Assembly (NCBI RefSeq): GCF_001194135.2
Contig: NC_068982.1
Span: forward strand, 74,111,240-74,175,239
DNA: 64,000 bases
Direction: 5' to 3'
Source: Octopus bimaculoides
Lineage: Eukaryota
Shown here: positions 39,550 through 46,760 of the stretch, piece by piece
Numbering within the stretch: the first letter of the stretch is position 1
How the letters are laid out: each line of letters begins with the position of its first letter
Made by a program: the position numbers and the translations under genes
The notes under the pieces: model-generated
Seen by the model: the letters and a program-made list of their open reading frames with translations, nothing else
What the model was told of the DNA's origin: nothing
Database searches by the model: none

Positions 39550-39743
39550 CGGTGCTGCACCATGACCGGTCTAATAATTGAGACAAGTAAAATATATCAA
39601 TGTTTCATGTGAACTAATATTACTTCTACAATGTTTGTGTTTTATTTATAATGATTTTCTTTGTCTTTTTGTTTTGTTTTCAGTGGACTGAGGGTCCGTG
39701 TCCTTTCCACCTGTCATCAGAGGTGTCCAGTAGCATTTTGTGA
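7953..39743 (+). CDS. MAU2: MAU2/Scc4 cohesin-loader subunit, 5'-incomplete multi-exon gene (16 coding exons in window, 1533 nt = 510 aa + stop)
   Basis: Exons join in frame with AG/GT boundaries. Translation is colinear with animal MAU2 (e.g. [90 protein letters not shown]). Confidence 0.97.
9120..9295 (-). mobile_element. CORE-type tRNA SINE, old CpG-decayed copy
   Basis: Alignable to 60190-60325, with CpGs converted to TpG/CpA. Confidence 0.7.
10237..10332 (+). CDS. MAU2: MAU2 exon (96 nt) [32 protein letters not shown]
   Basis: ttatag acceptor (NAGNAG), gtaagt donor, conserved PYWHCRLLF. Confidence 0.95.
11499..11670. mobile_element. Palindromic fold-back element (MITE-like) next to (TA)n
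   Basis: Arms agcagaagtaatagagtgactcaagg / ccttgagtcactctgttgcttctgct (24/26). Inner perfect 13-bp stem ttggcacttatca / tgataagtgccaa. Confidence 0.75.
11960..12082 (+). CDS. MAU2: MAU2 exon (123 nt) [41 protein letters not shown]
   Basis: tcag acceptor, gtaagt donor, matches MAU2 SACDLLGVG...LFLLSKGM. Confidence 0.96.
12376..12596. mobile_element. piggyBac-type MITE family P1 (other copies ~28594-28760, 29156-29376, 43154-43350)
   Basis: TTAA at both ends, TIR ccctttagcatt / aatgctaaaggg, ~220 bp, shared internal sequence. Confidence 0.7.
12896..13051 (+). CDS. MAU2: MAU2 exon (156 nt) [52 protein letters not shown]
   Basis: ttctag acceptor, gtgtgt donor, conserved [19 protein letters not shown]. 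Confidence 0.96.
14060..14423 (-). mobile_element. tRNA-derived SINE family B
   Basis: Colinear with 51775-52194. TSD aa(t/c)gtgactgg at 14049-14059 and 14424-14434. Confidence 0.9.
14894..14969 (+). CDS. MAU2: MAU2 exon (76 nt) [25 protein letters not shown](E)
   Basis: ttcag acceptor, gtaagt donor, phase 1 matches the next exon. Confidence 0.96.
15371..16561 (+). mobile_element. Mariner (DD34D-type) transposon, decayed, 1191 bp
   Basis: Perfect 22-bp TIR ttgggtcatcccataaataatg with TA TSD. Transposase remnants FHQDNAWLH and [10 protein letters not shown]. Confidence 0.95.
16750..17010 (-). mobile_element. CORE-type SINE with family-B tail, partial
   Basis: Aligns to 60020-60310. Confidence 0.75.
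17627..17700 (+). CDS. MAU2: MAU2 exon (74 nt) (E)[24 protein letters not shown]
   Basis: tttcag acceptor, gtgagt donor, invariant [13 protein letters not shown]. Confidence 0.97.
18955..19346 (-). mobile_element. SINE family B nested in the head of an older CORE SINE
   Basis: 12-bp TSD gactaacaccct at 18943-18954 and 19347-19358. Confidence 0.9.
19540..19630 (+). CDS. MAU2: MAU2 exon (91 nt) [30 protein letters not shown]
   Basis: ccacag acceptor, gtaatt donor, near-identical to animal MAU2. Confidence 0.97.
21237..21340 (+). CDS. MAU2: MAU2 exon (104 nt) (M)[34 protein letters not shown]
   Basis: cttcag acceptor, gtaagt donor, conserved LLEHI.MCRL. Confidence 0.96.
21389..22424 (+). mobile_element. 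5'-truncated RTE-tail element with a ~62-bp tandem array (spans gap)
   Basis: Units g(g/a)gatcgttgccagtgcccctggactggctc(a/t)tgtgcggg(c/t)gacacatga...; ends in the RTE tail plus (GAT)n. Confidence 0.8.
24412..24489 (+). CDS. MAU2: MAU2 exon (78 nt) [26 protein letters not shown]
   Basis: tttcag acceptor, gtgagt donor. Confidence 0.95.
24787..25042. mobile_element. hAT/Charlie-type MITE (256 bp) inserted in an RTE-tail element
   Basis: TIR caggggttctcaa / ttgagaaccactg. 8-bp TSD atctaaca / atctaacc. Host repeat resumes after the element. Confidence 0.88.
25239..25304 (+). CDS. MAU2: MAU2 exon (66 nt) [22 protein letters not shown]
   Basis: ttctag acceptor, gtaagt donor, matches GLYCVSVNCMDNAEAQF. 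Confidence 0.96.
26188..26267. repeat. 30-bp tandem repeat x2.7 inside a family C SINE
   Basis: tggtgg(t/c)atttgaactcagaaggtgaa(c/g)tc units. Confidence 0.9.
26665..26798 (+). CDS. MAU2: MAU2 exon (134 nt) [44 protein letters not shown](T)
   Basis: ttgcag acceptor, gtaagt donor, phase 2. Matches the NLA.VY.R...L..LLE region and keeps frame between its neighbours. Confidence 0.92.
27068..27298. mobile_element. piggyBac-type MITE family P2 (other copies ~4635-4850, 14560-14791, 34058-34300, 41840-42110, 44940-45156)
   Basis: ttaa-(c)ccttttg ... aaaaggg-tta termini and a shared AT-rich core (gaaaataat..agaatttagtaaaataa...gtcattattaagctg). Confidence 0.7.
27559..27745 (+). repeat. Near-pure polypyrimidine minisatellite (cctcctctcctcttcatcc-like units)
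   Basis: Directly visible, ~19-22-nt units. Confidence 0.9.
27793..27837 (+). CDS. MAU2: Candidate alternative MAU2 cassette exon (45 nt, adds [15 protein letters not shown])
   Basis: ttcttaat...tgtttctag acceptor and cgg|gtatgt donor. Length is a multiple of 3 and it is stop-free in the phase-2 frame of the host intron. No transcript evidence is available here. Confidence 0.45.
28308..28511 (+). mobile_element. Fold-back retroelement (probably Penelope pLTR-derived) with a decayed minimal hammerhead ribozyme
   Basis: 12-bp TSD agttattgacaa (28296-28307, 28512-28523). 51-bp inverted arms with 2 mismatches. Loop contains gacac-CTGATGA-a-ggctg-N10-cagcc-(a)AAAC-att-atgtt. Confidence 0.75.
29045..29122 (+). 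CDS. MAU2: MAU2 exon (78 nt) [25 protein letters not shown](K)
   Basis: tttcag acceptor, gtaagt donor, conserved LRA.AFYVRGL..FFQ..YNEAK. Confidence 0.96.
30970..31173 (+). mobile_element. SINE family C (related copies ~10830-11030 and 26090-26330 minus; 32750-32920, 43970-44160 and 52810-52980 plus)
   Basis: 13-bp TSD agaatggtagtag (30957-30969, 31174-31186). Body ttagcacgcc..gcgaaatgcttag...ttgcctttcatccttt...aagtaccag...ctggggtcgatgtaatcgac. Confidence 0.85.
31282..31393 (+). CDS. MAU2: MAU2 exon (112 nt) [37 protein letters not shown]
   Basis: cttcag acceptor, gtaaat donor, invariant [26 protein letters not shown]. Confidence 0.97.
31813..32220 (+). mobile_element. SINE family A, near full length
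   Basis: tRNA-like head (gtggctgtgtggtaag...ggttccggattcagtccc), internal microsatellite, conserved tail. Confidence 0.9.
33394..33484 (+). CDS. MAU2: MAU2 exon (91 nt) [30 protein letters not shown]
   Basis: ttgcag acceptor, gtaatt donor, conserved PAMQLA.KIPD..VQLW. Confidence 0.97.
34818..34945 (+). CDS. MAU2: MAU2 exon (128 nt) (D)[42 protein letters not shown]
   Basis: ttgtag acceptor, gtaagt donor, matches MH.NFSQ.LL.DH....LPEH.LI. Confidence 0.95.
35618..36638 (+). mobile_element. 5'-truncated RTE-clade LINE (ORF C-terminus plus 3' UTR)
   Basis: [12 protein letters not shown]...[27 protein letters not shown]...DRDLW is the typical RTE ORF end; the 3' tail follows across the gap. Confidence 0.92.
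36860..37250 (+). mobile_element. Older RTE 3' fragment
   Basis: [23 protein letters not shown] followed by the start of the RTE tail, cut off at 37250. Confidence 0.8.
37251..38830 (-). mobile_element. Penelope-like retroelement fragment (N-terminal region to start of RT)
   Basis: [44 protein letters not shown]...FYSLPKIHK and, after a frameshift, [11 protein letters not shown]. Confidence 0.88.
39684..39743 (+). CDS. MAU2: MAU2 terminal coding exon [19 protein letters not shown]
   Basis: Long T-rich tract plus cag acceptor. WTEGP matches the MAU2 C-terminal WTDGP; stop TGA at 39741-39743. Confidence 0.9.
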   Translation, partial: WTEGPCPFHLSSEVSSSIL

Positions 39744-39866
39744 GAAGATGCAGGTGAACCTTCCCTCCCATCTGTTGTTTTAACCAACTGGCTGTGCAGC
39801 TGATCAAATGAACACCTAACTGGACCTGTATTGCTGCATGTTATGATGCAGTGGTGTGCAGGTTTA

Positions 39867-39872
39867 AATAAA
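39867..39872 (+). terminator. Possible proximal polyadenylation signal of MAU2
   Basis: AATAAA ~124 nt after the stop codon. No clear GU-rich downstream element, so the real 3' end may lie further out. Confidence 0.25.
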
Positions 39873-40224
39873 GAAATAATAGGGGTGATGGAGATATTTA
39901 ATGGTCCTGGAGTGAAAACAGAGAAGAGACAAAGAAAAGCAGAAAAGAAGAGGGTTGGGAGGGAGGGGGTGACTACAAAATAAGTAAAAGTTTCTACTTC
40001 ATCTCTCTCTCTATTTTTCTTCCTCCTACTTCCTTCCTCCTACTTACTGCCACCTTTTCCTGCTCTCTGCCTGTATTCTCTCCTGTGTCCACCACCACCA
40101 CCACCATCATATTATCATCATCTGTTACACTCCATTACTATTACCAACATTTGTTTAACATATGCATGTACATGTGTATGTGAATATGTTACATTTTTTT
40201 TTTACTACATGGTTTTGCATGACA

Positions 40225-40296
40225 CCTTGGGCAAGTGTTTTTGTATTATATCCCCAGGCAGATCAAAGCCTTGCAGATGGATTTAATAGACAGAGG

Positions 40297-40331
<35 letters not shown>

Positions 40332-40666
40332 ATGTGCACATGTATATAATGTGTGTGTGTATATATGTGTATATATGTGCATATATATGTGTATATATAT
40401 CTATATTTGTGTTTATATATATCTGTGTATATATGTGTGTACATGTGTATATATATGTGTGTATATATGTGTATATATGTGTATGTATATATATATCTAT
40501 ATATATAACTTTGTGTCTGTGTTTGTCCCTGTAACTTAGCAATTTGGCAAAAGTGACCAATAGAATAAGTACTAGACTTACAAAAAGTAAGTCTTTGGGT
40601 CAATTTGTGCGACTAAAGGCAGTACTCCAGCATGACCACAGTCAAATGACTGAAACAAGTAAAAGA
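40225..40666 (+). mobile_element. SINE family A with expanded internal TA/TG microsatellite
   Basis: accttgggcaagtg head remnant and gactgaaacaagtaaaaga tail. Confidence 0.8.
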
Positions 40667-40681
40667 ATATATATGTATATT

Positions 40682-40734
<53 letters not shown>

Positions 40735-40737
40735 ATG

Positions 40738-40798
<61 letters not shown>

Positions 40799-42302
40799 CA
40801 CATACATATGCTGTATGTTGCTTCTGAAGATCATGAGCTACAATTACTGTTGATTATCATTTCTCCTGTCAATAAATCTTCCACTGGATTTGTTCCTTTG
40901 AAGACATGTCAAATTACAGATTCCTAATTTTGAAAAGCAAATAAAGATTCGGAACAGGACGGGCATCTGGCTGTAAAACAGTGCCCCAGTAGCATATTTC
41001 TCTAACCCATGTTAGCATGGAAAAGTGGATGTAAAAACGAAACGATGTCTATGTCTGTGGATGTGTGTGCATGCATGTGTGTGTATAAAGCATCTTTTTA
41101 AGACTCTGTCTCTCGTACTCCCTTCCCTCATCATTTCTATTAGTTTCTACCATTGTTGTGTGTTTGCATGATTTGTTTATACATATACTGTCAACAGAGT
41201 ACACTCTCTGTGTTTGGACACACAGTTTGCAACATACTTCATAAGTAGGCAGTCTGCATCCAGCTGGTGCTGTTGTTACACTTTATATTCAGTACACCTG
41301 GAGTTGCAGCAGAAGTTGATTGCCATGCACACTGGTGCATGCCGTCATTAAGTTCTTTAGTAGAACAGTGCAGTGCTGTGAGAATGAGATAAGATTGTGT
41401 TCTATATAGAGGGGGAGAAAAGGAGGGAAAATAAGTAGAGGTGGAGCAAGTGTGAATGAGAGGTTAGAAGGTTATTATCGTTAAAGTGCGATACTGTGAT
41501 ATAGCCAAAAAAAAATAATAATAATAATAGCTGTAATTAATTTGAATAAATAATGTTGAGCAAAATATATTTTAGTAAACACACAATATACACATACATT
41601 CGTTCTCTCTTTCATTTTCTCAACCCCTTCTGCTTTGAGGTACAAGCAAAAGCAATTGAAAAGGCACAGAACAATTTGAGATGTTAGAGTAGGGCTGAGC
41701 TGTAGTGGAGGATGATGATTGAACAGTATGATTCAGTGTTTTACTACTGCTTCCCTTCCCAATATTTGCTGTTTAATGTTTTACTATTTGGCAATTTAAC
41801 TAAAGAGAATTGCTGAAGGAAGGTTTTAATTTAGATCACTGTAATCCTTTTGCTGCCATATTTCTTTTGAAATATACTGCTTTCGTTGTAATTAGTTTTG
41901 AAAATGCTAAAGAATTTAGTAAAATAGCATTGTCATTATTAAGCTGATATTTGAATATAATTATTTTAAATAATATTTTTAGTAAATACAGAAATAAAAT
42001 TATCATGGAATTTTGGTGGAAGGTTTTAATTTAAATAATTTTATAACTTGGAGTTTGTATCATAGAATCAGTGGATGGTCTGAGGCAGAATAATTATAGT
42101 TAAGGTGTATACTTGAGGTCTTGTCACTTGCTAGAGTATGTCCACAATACAAAGCCAGATTTATTTGTTCCCTGACTACAGAGTATAACATGACCCATCT
42201 GCAATCTGCCTGTCTGAGACACCTCATACTATTCTGTTTTAAACCTTAATGACAAATAATGGTTCTTTTCTTGTGTTTATAAAAGTCTATTTTCAAACAG
42301 TC

Positions 42303-42335
<33 letters not shown>

Positions 42336-45300
42336 CTTTCTCTCTATCTCTCTCTCTCTCTCTCTCTCAGTTTTTCATATTCCTTTTCTCTCACTTATTG
42401 TCAATAATAACTTTTTATGGTAACTTTCCAATAGCATCATGCACATACAAATTCTCTTTCTCTCTCTTACACACATTTCCCCTCTCTCTCACTTTTTTTT
42501 CTCTTCTTAACTTAATTTATTTTCTGATGGCTGTGTTTGATTTTTATTTCTTAGCTTCACTTATTGCTGCATTGATTGATTTTTAATGACCTAAAAGTAG
42601 GAAAGACAACACCTTTTATATATTCTGTTGCCGAGTGTATGAGACTGATGGAAAGGAGAAAGCAACTTCATCTTGGACATCTGCTGCAAATGCTTTCAGC
42701 CAGGTGGCCTTCACTAAGGACACCCAACAGCCAAGTGATGGTGTTAAGGCAATAAATTGAATTAAGGAATTATATGTATGGGTTGTTACTGTTGAAGTTG
42801 ATGACTTTAGTTCTGCTGGTGTCAGCTGTGTCCTTATTAATTAGAGTCAGTCACCTTCACTGAATCCACTGGGCAGTTTAACTTGATTTTTAATTCTTTT
42901 TCTGCAACCCCATTCCTTCCTGGTTTGTTTGTTTGTTTGTTTTGTTGGATTTCTATGCGGTTCGTAGATGCCTTGTAATGTTTATTTTCTCTGAGAAATC
43001 TGTTACCATTTCTGGTGGGATGGAAAAAAGACCACTATTGTTTGATGATGATGGTATATTGGTATCTGGAATCCTTTTGTTTATGTCATTTCTGCCAATC
43101 AATGCTTCTGCAATGTTCTGCTTTGTTTGAGAGGCAAGGTTGTTTGGTATAAATTAACCCTTTAGCATTCAGATTACTCTGTCTTATTTATTCATATTGT
43201 TTTGAATTAATTATGCAATATCTTGTAGCTTTGAGATTTCGATGATGTGATTGTTTATTTTTAGAATGACATTGTAGGGCAGGTGTGAGAGTTAGGATTT
43301 TCCCAATTTGAACATAAAACAGGTAGAATATTTGGGCCAGGTATGGCCGGAGGCTTTGTTGTTGTCCACAGTCAGACAGGACTGTTAACATCTCTCGTCA
43401 CTTGTAATAAATATCTTCATGTTTTGGCATTTAAAACAAACAACTTGTTCGTATCCTTGGTTGTAGGGGGAAAAACTTGGAAAGAATCAACAGATATTCC
43501 TGCTAGGAACATGAAACAAGTGACCCAGTCTTGGAAAGCATCTTTCATCTTCATTATTTGAAAATATACCATCATTGTTTCTGAGCCCTACTTTAAGGAC
43601 ATAGACATAGCAAGTTGTCCAGTAATTAATAATAAAAAAACTGTCTTTCTGACATAGTGGTCAACTATGTGTATCTGCGTGTACACACACACACACACAC
43701 ACACACACTAGCCTGTTTCTAACCATGGAGCGGAGCCAAGCCAAGCATGAAATGTCCAGTTCCAGATGTCCATTAGATGGTACTGGTGCATCCACTTGGC
43801 TATGATGTTCTTGTATCAGATGAATTATTCATTGTTTTATGGTTATATTTGGTACCCTTCATTGGGAATCATTTTGTGTGCTGTTGTTGGTTCTGATATG
43901 GTTGGGTATTGTTTATAGCATTGGTATGGTTTTGTTATCAATGTTTATTATTATTATTAAGATTGCAAGCTGGCAAAATCATTAGCATGGTGAACAGAAT
44001 GCTTAGCAGCATTTTTCCCTTCTCTTTATGTTCAGAGGTCAACTTTACTTTTCATCCTTATATGTTTGATAAATTAAGTACCAATCGGGTATTGGGGTGG
44101 GGTGGGGTGGGGGGTTTAATGTAATCAACTTCCTCCTCCCCTGGAAATTGCTGGCCTTGTGCTTATAGTAATATTATTTATGAAGATAGGAGGATAATGC
44201 TGTGCATTCTTTCTTGCAAAAAAAAAAAAAAGCAAACAAAAAGATATTTAGAAGAAAGAAAGGGTGAGTGTGTATCTATGTCAAATAAATGGTAAGTGAA
44301 CTTATCTGTGATAACTGTTAACACTAAAGTTTCTCTGTCTCTCCTTTCTCCTCCTCTCTCACTTGCTTACACAAGTGCTGTAACTCCCTCCCTCCACTTA
44401 ACCAGACTTTTTGGGGGTCTTTTCTGTTGCAGTCACAGTTTTTGAAAGTATTATATTTAGTGAAAATTTTCAAATTTGGTATATTGATGTGATTTTTCAT
44501 GTTGAGTCTCATTTTCATATTCACTTATTCCAGAGAACTTCTAGAAAGGTTTAAAACCAGATTTGGAAGCTGGTATTTTCTGTGTGATAAGTCTTCTATC
44601 ACAAAAAGAAAGCAAAACATTACAACAACAAAAGTTGTAAGAAGTTTTTAGGTTTTAATAAAGTCATGTGAAACAGCTGAACGAACATGTAAATGATTTA
44701 AAAATGAAAAAAATTCTCCATGAAATTTTTTTGTGAAATATTTCAAAACAAACTACTTTAGGGTTGGGGTTTAGGGTTAGGATTAGAGTTGTGGTCTAGG
44801 TTAAAGGCTTAAGGTTAGGATGTAGGGGTATTAGTTAATTTTAAATCTAATGAAGAATTTAGTAAAAAGAAAATGTCATTATTAAGCTGTTTGTAATATA
44901 AATTAACAGTGTTCATGGAAGATTTTAATGTAGATTACTTTAACCCTTTTGTTACCATATTTCTGTGGAAATATATTGCTTTTGTTTTAATTAATTTGGA
45001 AAATAATGAATTTAATAAAATAACTGTCATTATTAATCCATTATGAGAAACAAATCAACATGAAATTTTGATGGAGGATTTTTTTAGTTTAGATTATTCC
45101 AAAACAAATTTGTATTACAGAACCAGGGGCAGCCTCAGGTGGGTTGAAAAACTTAACCTCCATCCCTGCAACCCCCCCCCCTTGCCCCTATTTATTCTTC
45201 TCTCTCTCTTTGTCTTTTAGATTTTATTTTTCATTGTTCCTCTTACATACATGTATGTCTGTGTACACTTCAATTGTGCCCTCTTTCCATATGTGCATGT

Positions 45301-46093
45301 CCACACTGTTCATATGGTGGCTCAAGAAGAAAGTGTGCATGTTTGAGGTTAACTATATGTAATTATTATTTACTATTTGGGGAGTGGTGAGGTTTGAGAA
45401 CGTATGGAATATGAGAGAGAGTCAAGAGACTGAGCTTTTGTTTTTCTCCTTACATATTGCAGTTGTGTATGTATGTATGTCTGTATGTGTGTGTTTGGAT
45501 GTTTTAATTAATGTTACTCCACACACATACAACTTCTACCACATATTTACAGATTTTTTGCATTGTTTGCTTATTGTTTTTTTTTTGTTTGTTTTTGTCT
45601 CTTGTATCTGTTGATCCTCAATCATCATAACAACCCCAACAAAAGAACAAAAATAACACCACAATCACTATATCTCTTTTTACCTAATTTGATGACATTG
45701 CCTTTCCCTTTTTTCTTGCTTATATTTCATTTTTTCTTTTCTTATTTAAAAAAAAAAAATCGAGTCCCCTCCTCTTTCTCTAAATATAGGAAAATATAAT
45801 TTACATGCAGGAGGTGTACCTCTCCCTTAGTTTCCTTCATTGTAAAAATATTTTTTCTTCCCTCTTCCATTCTGTTTTCATCATCTTCTCTCTCCTTTGC
45901 TTTCAATTTCTTCCTCTTTTGTACATACTCTCTTTAATCACCCCCAGCCCACCATTTCTCTCTTGCACACAATTTCTCTCTAACCAACTTTCTCTTCCTT
46001 TCACATTGTATGAAGTGTGAAAGGGAGAGAACTCAGTCCTTTTTTTTTTCACCTACCTTTCTTTCTACCTAGCTCATCTCTCTCTCTCTTTGT

Positions 46094-46128
<35 letters not shown>

Positions 46129-46129
46129 C

Positions 46130-46760
46130 CGTATAAGCGGGGACTGCCAGTAACTTCAATAACAAAAACAACAAACGAAAGAAAACATTAAATTTTTTTT
46201 TTTTTTAAATAAAGATAAAACCGTTACTCTGCTGCTGTCCACGACATTCTGTGTCGCAGGTGTCGCCTTTAAAACTGTCGACCATCACTACCACCACCAC
46301 TACTACCACCACTACCACCACCACCACCACCATCTGCAACAGCTGTTGTTGCAGCGGTGGAACATTTGTAAATAATCATCACTTTTATGTGCCACAGACC
46401 ACAAGAAACTCGTTTTTTTAAAAATAGTTAATAAACCAAATTGTCACTGTTACAAATGTGTGTTGATGTGTTTCTTTCACTGGTTATCTGTTTGTGAACT
46501 ATTGCATCTATGTTATGGGGTGGAGGGAGCGTCTGACGTTCCTGTCATATTTGACTTTAGCCATTCCAATGCTTTACTAGTAAAAGGTAAGGAAGAAATG
46601 GGACAAAACTTGAACTGTAGATAAAGTTATAAATAATGATGCTTAGAATGTTGGGTAATGAAAAAAAAAACGTTGATAACTGCTCGAGGGACTCGAATCC
46701 TCATCGTTTGCGAACACTTTATACGTGCTAAAAAGTTCATGAAAACAACTCTTCAAATGG
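46130..46760. promoter_or_regulatory. CpG-rich segment, putative promoter/TSS region
   Basis: Abrupt rise in CpG, TGACGT at 46534-46539, 5'UTR-like low-complexity runs, and strong donors pointing outward on both strands (46057 minus, 46586 plus). Confidence 0.35.

Noticed and set aside
40162-40927. HT/YI/CV-repeat ORFs (also 56942-57233, 61247-61638, 63046-63393)
   Set aside because: Translations of CA/TA/TG microsatellites
44761-44828. Degenerate TTAGGG-like run
   Set aside because: Only one or two exact units; indistinguishable from G-rich low complexity
46680-46740. Minus-strand tRNA-like T-arm gaggattcgagtccctc
   Set aside because: No acceptor stem or convincing D-arm; at most a tRNA/SINE relic
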